64,000 bases of DNA from positions 338,929-402,928 of the forward strand of contig CBDHGI010000006.1 of the NCBI GenBank assembly GCA_965263075.1, given 5' to 3'. The notes under the pieces were generated by a model that saw only the letters and a list, made by a program, of their open reading frames with translations, searched no databases and had not been told where the DNA came from. Shown here in pieces: positions 26,098-35,685 of this stretch. The stretch is from Chloroflexota bacterium (GTDB taxonomy: Bacteria; Chloroflexota; UBA11872). Made by a program: the position numbers and the translations under genes. The stretch's first letter is position 1, and each line of letters starts with the position of its first letter.

Positions 26098-26292
26098 GTG
26101 CTGGTTCTCGACACCAACGTCTTGTTCGACGCGGCTGTCGAGAGTTCGGAGTTTCACATCCGGCGCTCCGAGCGATTGGACCTGTGGCGGCGTGAACGGT
26201 CGTCCGTTCTGCTGACGTGGAACGTGTGCTATGGATTTCTGCGGATTACGACTCACCCGCGCGGCATGTTCTCGACCAGCCATTGGCCCTAA
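26098..26292 (+). pseudogene. Truncated PIN-domain toxin (VapC N-terminal 64 aa only)
   Basis: VLVLDTNVLFDAAVESSEFHIRRSERLDLW...CYGFLRITTHPRGMF carries the PIN N-terminal DTNVL motif and a GFLRIxTHPR motif. The stop at 26290 comes after 64 codons, whereas full PIN domains are about 130 aa. A convergent gene end lies 32 bp downstream. Confidence 0.65.
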
Positions 26293-26324
26293 GGGCTTCT
26301 CGGGAGGCGATCCCTTGGGCCGCG

Positions 26325-26537
26325 TCACGCCAACATCAAGCGCTCGCCCTTCGGTTCAGGGATGGGATCTCCAAATTCCCGCGCGGTATCAAGCCAAAGG
26401 TCCATTGCCTGGTTGACGTTCCGCAGGGCCGCCTGCTGGGTGTCGCCATGAGCCAGGCAGCCTGCGAGCTCGGGAACTTCGGCGACAAATACGCCGTCTT
26501 CCGTGCTCCAGTAGATGATGATTTCATACTGGTGCAT
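26325..26537 (-). CDS. HicB-like / UPF0150-family antitoxin (RNase H-like fold, short form)
   Basis: MHQYEIIIYWSTEDGVFVAEVPELAGCLAHGDTQQAALRNVNQAMDLWLD...GDPIPEP matches the HicB N-terminal domain. Confidence 0.7.
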   Translation of the reverse strand: MHQYEIIIYWSTEDGVFVAEVPELAGCLAHGDTQQAALRNVNQAMDLWLDTAREFGDPIPEPKGERLMLA

Positions 26538-26549
26538 CAGTCGCTCACC

Positions 26550-26795
<246 letters not shown>

Positions 26796-26999
26796 TCACT
26801 CAATGTTGGCGCTTCGGGGTTCGGCGCGATGTCAGGTCCATGGGCAGTGTGCCAGCCGAGGTTGGTGAGCAAGTCAAGGGCGGCGCGCTCGACCGGCGAT
26901 TCAGTGATGGTGGTCATTTCCTCCGACCGCGCGACCACTGGGGATACGCTGACAATCGCGCTAGCAGGAATCCGCCCGTAACTCCGCCACGCTGACTGT

Positions 27000-27145
27000 C
27001 AGGCCCTTTTCGAGGCGAGGTTGATCGCAAGCGGACCGTCGCGGTCAAGCGCCAAGCGGGTCGGATTGTCGAGGATGTACTGGCGAATCTTCAGCAGGGA
27101 TGCGTCGCCGCGCACGACGTATTTGTAGTAGCTGCGCTGCCATAG
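27000..27145 (-). pseudogene. C-terminal remnant (48 codons) of an IS200-like/RAYT (Y1 HUH) transposase
   Basis: Manual translation gives LWQRSYYKYVVRGDASLLKIRQYILDNPTRLALDRDGPLAINLASKRA*, matching the conserved C-terminal WQRxYY(D/E)H(V/I)IR...L..I..YI..NP..W motif of DUF1568/RAYT-type transposases. An upstream stop follows immediately, and no N-terminal HUH region is in frame. Confidence 0.4.
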
Positions 27146-27342
27146 TCAGCCATGGAATGGCGGCCAGTTTCGCGTCTTGACCCCCGGGTGGATTCCACGG
27201 TGGTCAACGATTTATGCGTGTCGATCACATCGCCCAAGCCGACCCGTCTTGCCGTAAGGGCGCCCCTACCGGGATGCGGGATGGGCGGGGATGGGGGGTG
27301 AGGGGGTAGGCTCGCGGACGGACGTTTGGCGGGAGGGCTTCT

Positions 27343-28581
27343 GTGCGCATTGAGGATCTGGCGGGGACGACGATTGGCGCCGCCGTATCCGGCGGGCTGG
27401 ACAGTTGCACGATCACGCGCTGGCTGGTTGAGGAAGGCGTGGGCGTGGTGGCGCTGACGGCCGATCTTGGTCAGCCGGACGAAGACGACATCAACGACGT
27501 GGCCGAGCGCATGCGCGTGGCGGGGGCGAAAGAAGCCTTGATCGCGGATGCGCGCGAGGCGCTGGCGCGGGCCGGCCTGGAAGTAATCCAGGCGCAGGCG
27601 AAGTACGAAGGCGGCTACTGGAATACCACCGGTATTGCACGGTACGCGACCGTGGCGGCGATCCTGCCGGAATTGACGGAGCGCGGCCTGACGGTGCTGA
27701 GTCATGGGGCCACCGGGCGGGGCAACGACCAGGTTCGGTTTCAGCTTGCGACCAACATGCTGGCGCCCGGCGTGCAGGTGTACGCCCCCTGGCGCGATCC
27801 GACGTTCCTGGAGCAGTTCCCGGGACGACGCGAAATGATCGCGTACTGCGAGCGCGAGGAAATTCCGATCCGGGCGACGCTAGACAAGCCATATTCCACC
27901 GACGCCAACCTGCTGGGCCTGACGCACGAGGCCGGTTTGCTGGAGGAGCTGAGTACGCACGCGCAGTTCGTGGCGCCTGAGATGGGCGTTTATCCGCAGG
28001 ACGCGCCCGATGAGACGACGCGCGTATCGATCCGGTTTGAGGCCGGTACGCCGGTGGCGATGGACGGGGACGACCTTTCGCTGCTGGACATTTTTGAGCG
28101 GGCCAACGCAATTGGGGGCGCGAACGGGCTAGGCATTGGGCTGCATACGGTGGAGAACCGATTCGTTGGGATCAAGTCGCGCGGGGTGTACGAGGCGCCG
28201 GGCATGGAATTGCTGGGCAGCGCCTACGAGTACCTGTTGCAGTTGATCCTGGACCGGCGGGCTCGTCCGGTGTTTGATTCGTTGTCAGCAGCGCTGGGGC
28301 GGCAGATTTACGAAGGCTACTGGTACGACCTGGCGAGCACGGCGCTGCGGAGGGCCATCGGCGAGTTCACGAGGCTGGTGACGGGCACGGTGCACGTGGA
28401 CGTGTATCGGGGTCACGCGCAGTTCGCGGGCGCGGAGGACGCGCCACATTCGCTCTATAGTGACGCGTCCAGCATGGAGGGCATCGGAGACTTCGACCAT
28501 GTGGATTCCGAAGGATTCCTGGGCGTGCTAGGTGTAAGCGCTCGCGCAGCCAACGCCGGCGGGCAGACGAGCCGCGAGTAG
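27343..28581 (+). CDS. argG: Argininosuccinate synthase
   Basis: AVSGGLDSC (PP-loop AYSGGLDTS variant), with conserved ...RFQLATNMLAP...GIGLHTVENRFVGIKSRGVYEAPG blocks; GTG start with a GGGAGGG RBS. Confidence 0.85.
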   Translation: MRIEDLAGTTIGAAVSGGLDSCTITRWLVEEGVGVVALTADLGQPDEDDINDVAERMRVAGAKEALIADAREALARAGLEVIQAQAKYEGGYWNTTGIARYATVAAILPELTERGLTVLSHGATGRGNDQVRFQLATNMLAPGVQVYAPWRDPTFLEQFPGRREMIAYCEREEIPIRATLDKPYSTDANLLGLTHEAGLLEELSTHAQFVAPEMGVYPQDAPDETTRVSIRFEAGTPVAMDGDDLSLLDIFERANAIGGANGLGIGLHTVENRFVGIKSRGVYEAPGMELLGSAYEYLLQLILDRRARPVFDSLSAALGRQIYEGYWYDLASTALRRAIGEFTRLVTGTVHVDVYRGHAQFAGAEDAPHSLYSDASSMEGIGDFDHVDSEGFLGVLGVSARAANAGGQTSRE

Positions 28582-28584
28582 CCC

Positions 28585-30429
28585 ATGACGATGATCATGA
28601 TGCGCCGGCCAGATGTGGGCACGCTGTCGGTTGCGGCAGCGGCGGTACTGGGATTCCAGGCGTTTCGCGTATTTACCAGCAACATGTTCTGGGTTGTCGG
28701 CGAGACGTCGGACCGCGTGCTGTTGGCGGCGCTTGTTTTCGGCGCGCTGGTTCTGTGGGGCGCAGCCGGCCTGCTGGCTCGTTTTGTTGGGATCGCACAC
28801 GGGCGCCGAATTGCGATCGTGCTGCTGGCCGGTATGGCCGTGGTCGGCCAGGCTTCCGGGTCGCCGGGAGCCGACGCGTGGATTGGCGCTCTCGGCACGA
28901 TCGCGTTCGGTTGGGTCCTGGCCCTGTGGGTCGCAAGTGTTGGCCGGGCCGCCGGGCAGGGACTGGCCTTGGCGTTTACGGCGGACGTAGCGATTCGCGC
29001 GTCGTTCCGGACGGTGGACGCGCCGTTCAGCGACTCGCCGTGGGCGGCGGGAATCGTGGCGCTGCTTGCCGTATTGGCACTCGGCGGCGGCTGGCGGGCA
29101 GCGGGACGGCAAGCTGAATTCGGTGCTCCGTTTCGAAGCCTGCCATTACTTGGCCTGGGACCGGCCTTGATGGTGTTCATGGCGTTCAGCGGAAACTTCG
29201 GGCAGACAGCGGCCCCGAGCGGACTGGACCTGCGGGCCGCACTGATCTGGGTTGGCGCTGCCGCGACCGCCGGCCTCGCATGGTCGTCGATCTCGGCGAA
29301 GTCTGGTCGAGCAATGAGTTTCGTTCACGTGCTGGCGGCATCCGCTGCGATGGCCGTGGGCGCCTGGCTCGCCAGCGCGGCACCGACCAGCACGTTACCT
29401 AGTCTTGCACTGGTGGGACTTGGTCTGCCAGTCGTGGTGACGGCGTTATTTCCTGAGGACCGGAAGCCGCGGACGTCGGCCTGGTCCGTAGCCGCGCTGA
29501 CCTTGAGCGGTGTCGCGCTTGTGGCGCTGCTGTTCATCTTCTATTCGTTCTACGCGCCGCCCTGGGTGTTGCCGGGGGCGGTCGCGATTACCGTTGTCCT
29601 GGCGCTGGCCTCGACGTTGAGCCGCCACCAGGAGCCGGGCAAGCGGTTGATTCCGGCGCTGGCCCCGCTGCTGTTCCTGCCGCCTTTCGTCGTGGGGGTG
29701 ATCTCAGGCGCCCCGTCGCCCGACTCGGCACCAATGGGCGCGGGCGCCACGGTAGACGTGATGACATACAACATCCGGCAGGGATTCGGGTCGAGCGGGA
29801 AGTTTGACCTGGAAGCCGTAGCGCGAGAGCTCGAGGCGCGACCGACCGACGTGGTGGCGCTGCAGGAGATTGGGCGCGGGTGGGTGATTTCGGGCGCCGC
29901 CGACACGCTGGCGTGGCTGTCGCACCGTCTGGACATGCCGGCCTACTACGGCGCGAACATGGGTGACCTGTGGGGGAATGCCGTGCTCACGCGCCTGCCG
30001 GTGTTTGGAGCCACGAACACGCACTTCAACAGCGAGGGCCGGGTCCCTCGGGGATTCCAACGCATTAGCCTGCAGACGACGGGCGCTCCACTAACGATCC
30101 TGCACACGCATCTCGATCACGAGGATGACGGTGACACCGTACGGGCATCACAGGTGGTGAGGATTCTGGAGGACTGGGGGAATGCGCCGCGAACAATTCT
30201 GCTGGGGGACTTGAACTCCAAGCCCGACTCGGTCGCGATCCGCACGCTGGCAAATGCCGGCCTTGTTGATGTCAGTCCGGATGGGCCGCTGACCTATCCG
30301 GCGGCGGGTCCGGAAGAGCGCATCGACTACATCTTCGTCACGCCGGACCTGACGGTGATTGAAGCCGAGACGCGGCAGTCGCTGGCTTCGGACCATTTGC
30401 CGGTTTGGGTATCGCTGGCCGGAAGCTAG
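28585..30429 (+). CDS. Polytopic membrane protein with C-terminal endonuclease/exonuclease/phosphatase (EEP) domain
   Basis: About 10 TM segments in the N-terminal 380 aa. The C-terminus has VDVMTYNIRQGFG...VVALQEIGRGW...ILHTHLDHED...LLGDLNS...SDHLPVWVSL (the EEP catalytic motifs). Confidence 0.7.
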   Translation: MTMIMMRRPDVGTLSVAAAAVLGFQAFRVFTSNMFWVVGETSDRVLLAALVFGALVLWGAAGLLARFVGIAHGRRIAIVLLAGMAVVGQASGSPGADAWIGALGTIAFGWVLALWVASVGRAAGQGLALAFTADVAIRASFRTVDAPFSDSPWAAGIVALLAVLALGGGWRAAGRQAEFGAPFRSLPLLGLGPALMVFMAFSGNFGQTAAPSGLDLRAALIWVGAAATAGLAWSSISAKSGRAMSFVHVLAASAAMAVGAWLASAAPTSTLPSLALVGLGLPVVVTALFPEDRKPRTSAWSVAALTLSGVALVALLFIFYSFYAPPWVLPGAVAITVVLALASTLSRHQEPGKRLIPALAPLLFLPPFVVGVISGAPSPDSAPMGAGATVDVMTYNIRQGFGSSGKFDLEAVARELEARPTDVVALQEIGRGWVISGAADTLAWLSHRLDMPAYYGANMGDLWGNAVLTRLPVFGATNTHFNSEGRVPRGFQRISLQTTGAPLTILHTHLDHEDDGDTVRASQVVRILEDWGNAPRTILLGDLNSKPDSVAIRTLANAGLVDVSPDGPLTYPAAGPEERIDYIFVTPDLTVIEAETRQSLASDHLPVWVSLAGS

Positions 30430-31061
30430 ACAACGCCGCCAGCATTTCGATCCGGCCGGCCGCGGCCACGGACGCCGAGGCGGTGGGTCACTTGCTGGTG
30501 GAGGTGGCGGGGCCGCTGGCCGGTCCGATCTGGGGCAGCGGGAACATTGGGCTTGCCGAGCAGCAGTTCGCGGGCTTGTTTGGGGCGTGGGGCGCTTTCC
30601 GCAACCACTACGTGGCCTGTGACGGGTCGGCAGTGGTTGGGCTTATCGCGCACATGCCGGACCGGACCCAGTCCGGTCAGTCGCTGCGCACGACACTGGG
30701 AATGTTGCGGGTCTATGGGCTCATGGGCGCTCTGGCGCTTTCATGGCGGATGCGACACCTGGTCTCGGCCAAGCCGGGGTTCATTCGGAACGGCTACAGC
30801 GTTTGGAATCTGGCCGTGGCGGAGGGGCATCGCAGGCGAGGCATTGGTACCGCGCTGCTAGGGCACGCCCATGAGGCCGCGCGCAAGTCCGGCGCAGCGA
30901 CGATCGGGCTGGAAGTGCTGATCGACAACACGTCCGCGATTGAGTTCTACAAACAGGCGGGCTACAGAGAACAGCGGCGGCGCGAGTCGGCCGGCATGCG
31001 GCGTATGAGCGGTTCGCCGGGGCTTGTCTATATGGTGCGGGCGGTCAAGGCCGAGGAGTGA
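30405..31061 (+). CDS. GNAT-family N-acetyltransferase
   Basis: VWNLAVAEGHRRRGIGTALLGHAHEAARKSGAATIGLEVLIDNTSAIEFYKQAGY (motifs A and B); TTG start overlapping the upstream gene end. Confidence 0.7.
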   Translation: MGIAGRKLDNAASISIRPAAATDAEAVGHLLVEVAGPLAGPIWGSGNIGLAEQQFAGLFGAWGAFRNHYVACDGSAVVGLIAHMPDRTQSGQSLRTTLGMLRVYGLMGALALSWRMRHLVSAKPGFIRNGYSVWNLAVAEGHRRRGIGTALLGHAHEAARKSGAATIGLEVLIDNTSAIEFYKQAGYREQRRRESAGMRRMSGSPGLVYMVRAVKAEE

Positions 31062-31157
31062 GACGAGAGGTGAGAGGAGTAGGAAGTGCCGAGGGTTGGC
31101 GATGAGGGGGCGTGGAAGTGAGTCGGGGGTAGGGGACGCGGTTGTTGGGTTGTAGGA

Positions 31158-31976
31158 CTAGATTGCCGCGAGGATGTTCTCGAGGTAGGCGCGGGACCTG
31201 GGGAGCGCGACGGCGGGATCGTCGGCGAAGCCGAAGGCTTCGATGGAGAGCAGGCCTTCGTAGCCGACCGCGCGCAGCTTGCGGATGATCGGTGTGAAGT
31301 CGGTGTCGCCTTCGCCGGGCGCGTGCATGTTGGCGTCATTTACGTGGACGTGGGCCAGCCAGGGCAGGGCGAGATCCACCGCAGCCTCGAAGGTCTGCGT
31401 CTCCTGGCTGATCTGCTTGACGTCAAGGACTAGCTTCACGGCCGGGTGATTCATCGCTCGGGCCACCGCGATCCCTTCCTGCGTGTCGTTCATGAAGTTG
31501 GTTAGCGAGGCGGTGAGAGGTTCCAAACATAGGGTGATGTTCAGGCGGGCTGCCGCATCAGCGGCGGGTCGGAGTTCGTCGATAAAGAGTTCGGCGGCCT
31601 CGTCGAATCCGGCGTCCGCGGGGGCGCGGCGCTGCCGGGGCGAGCCAACGACGATGACCGATACGCCGAAGTGTGCGGCCATCTGGACGATGGCGACCAA
31701 TTCGGCGGCCGAGTCCCGCCGGAGGTCGGGGTCACGAGTGACCAGATTCAGATGCGGCGCGTGCTGAAGGAGTGAGTTGAAGCCCACGACGTCGAGACCG
31801 AGCGCTCGGGCCACCTGCCGCACCTGCACCCGCATCGCCGGATCTGGCTCTGACACCGAAGTGCCCAGGGAGCCTGGGATGACCTCGACCGCACCGAAGC
31901 CCGCGGTTGCAGCCAACTGGAAGAACGCCTCGATGGGGCGGTCGTCCAGCGTCTTGTTGCAGAGGGCCAGTCGCAC
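31158..31976 (-). CDS. Sugar phosphate isomerase/epimerase (xylose-isomerase-like TIM barrel)
   Basis: 272 aa with the pattern ...GFGAVEV...LCLEPL...HVHVNDAN.....GEG..DF..I...L...GYEG..SIE. Confidence 0.75.
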   Translation of the reverse strand: MRLALCNKTLDDRPIEAFFQLAATAGFGAVEVIPGSLGTSVSEPDPAMRVQVRQVARALGLDVVGFNSLLQHAPHLNLVTRDPDLRRDSAAELVAIVQMAAHFGVSVIVVGSPRQRRAPADAGFDEAAELFIDELRPAADAAARLNITLCLEPLTASLTNFMNDTQEGIAVARAMNHPAVKLVLDVKQISQETQTFEAAVDLALPWLAHVHVNDANMHAPGEGDTDFTPIIRKLRAVGYEGLLSIEAFGFADDPAVALPRSRAYLENILAAI

Positions 31977-31978
31977 GC

Positions 31979-32914
31979 TCAGGGGTTGCGAATTTCCGCG
32001 AAGGCCGGAAAGTCGTGGGCCTCGCGGTGGTACTCGTGGTCGAAGTAGGTGGTGGTCTTGTAGTACTCGTGACGCCCGTCGGTGGCTTCGCGGTGGATGC
32101 GGGCCAGGAGGTCGGCCTGTTCGTCAGCCGACATGGGCGTGAAATCGCGGGCGATTTCCAAGTCTTGAGCTAGGTCCCGCTCGTCGACCATGCCGCAGAT
32201 CAGCGTGGCGATTGGCTGCGACAGGGCGTAGCGTCGGCAGTCTTGCGCCGTGAGGCCGTTGACGCCCACGAACTGACCGTTGCCACCGAGCGACTTCATG
32301 CCCAGACAGGCAATGCCGCGTTCGTTGAGGAGCGGCAAGACGTCGGACCGGAAGCTGCGAAAGGCGCCGTCGAACGGGCTGATCGGCATCTGGCAGGCGT
32401 CCCAGACGAAGTCCATGTCGAGCATGGCGCGCAGGATGTGGGGGCTCTTGTGGCCGGTGAAGCCGATGTAGCGAATCAGGCCGCGTTCGCGTGCCTCGAG
32501 AGCCGCCTCGACTGCACCGCCCGCCTCAAATATCCACTCGGGGTCGTTGTCGTAGTTGATTTCGTGGAACTGCCAGAGGTCCAGATAGTCCACGCGCAGG
32601 CGACGCAGGCTGTCGTCCAACTGTCTGCGCGCGGTCTTGGCGTCCCGAGCGCAGACTTTGCTCATCAGAAACACATCGTCGCGGCGGCCCTGTAAGGCGC
32701 GGCCATAGCGTTCCTCGCTGACGCCGTAGCCGTAGTCCCAGGCGGTGTCCATGAAGGTAATGCCAGCGTCGATGGCGGCGGGGATGATGCGCGCGGCTTC
32801 GGCGTCGGTGACGGATGAGCGGGAGAGGTGGCCTCCACCTAGTCCGATCAGCGAAAACTGGTCGGGATGGCGGCCAAGACGGCGGGTGGGGAGCGGGGTC
32901 TCGTGCGGCGGCAT
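31979..32914 (-). CDS. Aldo/keto reductase
   Basis: LGRHPDQFSLIGLGGGHL...ITFMDTAWDYGYGVSEERYGRAL...VFLMSKV...IRYIGFTGH signature. The ATG at 32914 has GGAGG 7 nt upstream; the listed 32944 is a TTG. Confidence 0.8.
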   Translation of the reverse strand: MPPHETPLPTRRLGRHPDQFSLIGLGGGHLSRSSVTDAEAARIIPAAIDAGITFMDTAWDYGYGVSEERYGRALQGRRDDVFLMSKVCARDAKTARRQLDDSLRRLRVDYLDLWQFHEINYDNDPEWIFEAGGAVEAALEARERGLIRYIGFTGHKSPHILRAMLDMDFVWDACQMPISPFDGAFRSFRSDVLPLLNERGIACLGMKSLGGNGQFVGVNGLTAQDCRRYALSQPIATLICGMVDERDLAQDLEIARDFTPMSADEQADLLARIHREATDGRHEYYKTTTYFDHEYHREAHDFPAFAEIRNP

Positions 32915-32975
32915 CAAACACCTCCATCCGTGCTGGTTTGGCAAGCGGCGCGGTCCGGACCGACCAACCGGCGCA

Positions 32976-33761
32976 TCAGGTCATTCCTGGAACTTCGATG
33001 CCCCACAGCGAGTAGACGCCGCCCTTGGGCAGCACCTCGTCGGCGTAGGTTTCGGCGTTGTCCACCGGCCGATAGCCCAGCTCGCTCACGCCGTTGGTGA
33101 TGTCCCAGTAGGCGCGGGCGTTGGCCGAGATGCCGTAGTAGATGCCGTACTTGATGCCTGGGGCGACGATCGACCGCTCCACCAGGTTGAGCAGGTCGCG
33201 GTCGCTGAGCCAGGTGGAGAGGATGCGCGGACCCATGCTGAAGTCGGGTGGCTTGAGCCGGTATTCGTAGCTGCCGATCCGCAGCACGATGACTTCCATA
33301 CCGTGGCGGTCGGAGAAGTAACGGCCCAGGGCTTCGCCCCACACCTTGGCGGCGCCGTAGACACCGTCGGGCCGGGGCAGCGACTCGGCGTCGCAGCGCT
33401 CGCCGACGATTTCGTACCAGCCGGTGGCGTGGTTGGAACTGGCGTAGATGAAGCGTCGAACGCCGGCAAGGCGAGCGGCTTCGTAGGCGTTCCAGAGGCC
33501 GACGATGTTGGGCTGCACGTACGGCTCGAACTCGTCGGTGTTGTGGTTGGACTTGGCGTGCATGTGGACGACGACGTCCTGGCCGGCGAAGGCCTCCGCC
33601 ACGACGTCCACGTCGTCGAAGTCAAGTTGAATGAATCTGGGGTCGTCGTTCGGGCTGCGCGACGTGCCGGTGAGGTCGAAGCAGTCGGGCAAGTCCTCCA
33701 TGAGCGTTTGACCGATCTTGCCGGTCGCGCCGGTCACCATCACTTTCAGCCGGTCAGCCAT
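32976..33761 (-). CDS. NAD(P)-dependent epimerase/dehydratase-family protein
   Basis: MADRLKVMVTGATGKIGQTL (GxxGxxG Rossmann) and YGAAK (YxxxK catalytic dyad). Confidence 0.75.
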   Translation of the reverse strand: MADRLKVMVTGATGKIGQTLMEDLPDCFDLTGTSRSPNDDPRFIQLDFDDVDVVAEAFAGQDVVVHMHAKSNHNTDEFEPYVQPNIVGLWNAYEAARLAGVRRFIYASSNHATGWYEIVGERCDAESLPRPDGVYGAAKVWGEALGRYFSDRHGMEVIVLRIGSYEYRLKPPDFSMGPRILSTWLSDRDLLNLVERSIVAPGIKYGIYYGISANARAYWDITNGVSELGYRPVDNAETYADEVLPKGGVYSLWGIEVPGMT

Positions 33762-33896
33762 GAACTAGCTCCCCCTGGTTATGCAGGCACCGGCCGGCGC
33801 CCGTTGGCGCAGGATACCGAGCCGGGGCCGGAATACACGGGCGTAGGTCTCCGAGAAGCCCTAGTTCGCCTAAGTTCAAGACGATGCGACGGACAG

Positions 33897-35009
33897 CTAG
33901 CGGTCGAGTTTTCCCGCAGCTCCGGGTACGCCTTGGACGGAGTCGGCGAATGCGCGGATGTGGCCGGCTGGGGTTCCTGGTGAGAGTCCGCCAGCCGTAC
34001 ACAGCAACATGCCGCCCGAGGGCGCGCCCTCGGCGAGCCGCTGCTGGCAGTCGCTGGTGATTTCGTCGGGTTCGAGTTGTTGGACTACGTGGATGGGCGG
34101 AACGTTGCCCATCAGGCAGACACGCCCCCCAAGATGCTCGGCGGCGACGTCCATCTCGATCCCGAACATGAACACGGTGCAGTTCATGTCGGCGATTGCG
34201 GCCACCGCGGTATCCGGCACCAGGTTCTCGTTGTGATAGAGACGGAACTCGGCTGACGGAAAGGCGTCGAAGATGTCCTTCAGGTACGGATACACGAACT
34301 CTTCGCAGTGCGCCTGCCCGACTTGCCCGGCCAGATGGTCCGTGACCACGAGACGCTCAATCGTTCCGGTGATGCGTTCCTGGGCGCGCACGTAGGCAAC
34401 GTTGGCCTCGACGACGCGCTTGTTCCAGTCGTGAATCTGCTTTGGGTGCCCGTAGAGCTCGATGAGATAGCGCTCGTAGCCCAACACCAGTGCGCCGGAC
34501 TCGACGCCCATGCAGCGGCCGTAGCCTTCGAAATGGCCCCAGGTCTGCGCGATCACCGGGTCCATGTGGTCGGCGTACCAGGCGTAGTCGTTGAGGGCGA
34601 TGGCCATGTAGCCAGCAGTCCATGGATCGGGCATTTCCAGCGCCGGCAGGTCGTGGATGTCGTTGACGGCGGCGAACGGTACCAGCGGACCGTCATCGTC
34701 CTGCTTGATCGGCGAACCCCAGGCGGAGGTTTCGGGCGCGTAGCCGTAGTCCGGCGCAACGCCGGGCAGGTGCAGGATGTCGGGGAAATCAAGCTGGAAC
34801 TTTGCCTGGGCGTAGTACTTGGCCTCGGCGGCCTCGTAATACTCGCGTCGTCCGACGCCGGCGTAGCCGGAAAGAAAGGGCTCGGAGGCCCAAACCACCG
34901 GCGGAACCTCAGCCACAGCCTCCTGCCGGTTGGCCGCCATCACCCGGGCATAGACATCGTTGGAATGGAGGGCGGCTTGGGTGCTGTCGGGCAACGCGTG
35001 GCGGGGCAT
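33897..35009 (-). CDS. Uroporphyrinogen-decarboxylase (URO-D) family protein (MtaA/CmuA-like methyltransferase fold)
   Basis: 370 aa; overall resemblance to URO-D/methylcobamide:CoM methyltransferase family members. Confidence 0.6.
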   Translation of the reverse strand: MPRHALPDSTQAALHSNDVYARVMAANRQEAVAEVPPVVWASEPFLSGYAGVGRREYYEAAEAKYYAQAKFQLDFPDILHLPGVAPDYGYAPETSAWGSPIKQDDDGPLVPFAAVNDIHDLPALEMPDPWTAGYMAIALNDYAWYADHMDPVIAQTWGHFEGYGRCMGVESGALVLGYERYLIELYGHPKQIHDWNKRVVEANVAYVRAQERITGTIERLVVTDHLAGQVGQAHCEEFVYPYLKDIFDAFPSAEFRLYHNENLVPDTAVAAIADMNCTVFMFGIEMDVAAEHLGGRVCLMGNVPPIHVVQQLEPDEITSDCQQRLAEGAPSGGMLLCTAGGLSPGTPAGHIRAFADSVQGVPGAAGKLDR

Positions 35010-35016
35010 GGCTCTC

Positions 35017-35499
35017 CTACGTCGTCGAGTGGTGGTCGACAGTTTGACGCGTACTGCCGGGATCGAGCAACGGCGAGTCCGTAGGGCGAAGGTCGTCAGG
35101 TGGTGGTTCCGGGAGCCAGCCGGTCAACCGGCCAAGCGGACTGCGCAATGATGCAACGAGGTCATAGGCACGGTCGATCAGGAGCCCGACGAGCGGCCAG
35201 TAGCCCACTGATCGCCAAGGCGCCTCGGGTTGCACCTGGCAAAGGACAGCCCGCAGTGCGACGCCTGCATGGAGCACGCGACCGTCGGGTCGAATCACAT
35301 GGATGCTTTGTTGGCGGCGCGCGGGCGAGATGGTGGACATCAGCGGCTCGGCCGCCGCCGAGGTCATGTCCACCCGCGCCACTCGATGATCGGGATCCAG
35401 CCGCACCAACAAGGCCACGCTGCGGCGGCAGAAGCCGCACGATCCGTCATAGAGCAGGATCGGGCGGCGGGCGCTCCCAGCCCCTTCAGAATCGCTCAT
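35017..35499 (-). CDS. Thiol-disulfide oxidoreductase DCC family (DUF393)
   Basis: ILLYDGSCGFCRRSVALL motif near the N-terminus. Confidence 0.7.
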   Translation of the reverse strand: MSDSEGAGSARRPILLYDGSCGFCRRSVALLVRLDPDHRVARVDMTSAAAEPLMSTISPARRQQSIHVIRPDGRVLHAGVALRAVLCQVQPEAPWRSVGYWPLVGLLIDRAYDLVASLRSPLGRLTGWLPEPPPDDLRPTDSPLLDPGSTRQTVDHHSTT

Positions 35500-35685
35500 C
35501 CCTGAAGTGTAAGCCGAAAGACTGCGGGGCTTGCTGCAAAGACGGCCCGTTTCAACAACTCACTCGGACGGCGCGCCGACCGAACATTCCAAGTTTGACA
35601 GTTCGCTGCCGTTTGTGCCTACCATGCAATACGTGCATCAACAATGCCGCCGCGCTTGGACGGGCGGCTGGCGGGAGGGTCCCGG

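Noticed and set aside
27091-28111. Minus-strand ORFs of 204 and 206 aa
   Set aside because: They are antisense to argG and its leader, with Arg/Pro-rich composition. The only meaningful minus-strand coding here is the short RAYT remnant in a different frame.
28455-29180. 241-aa and 194-aa minus-strand ORFs
   Set aside because: They are antisense to the EEP-domain membrane protein gene.
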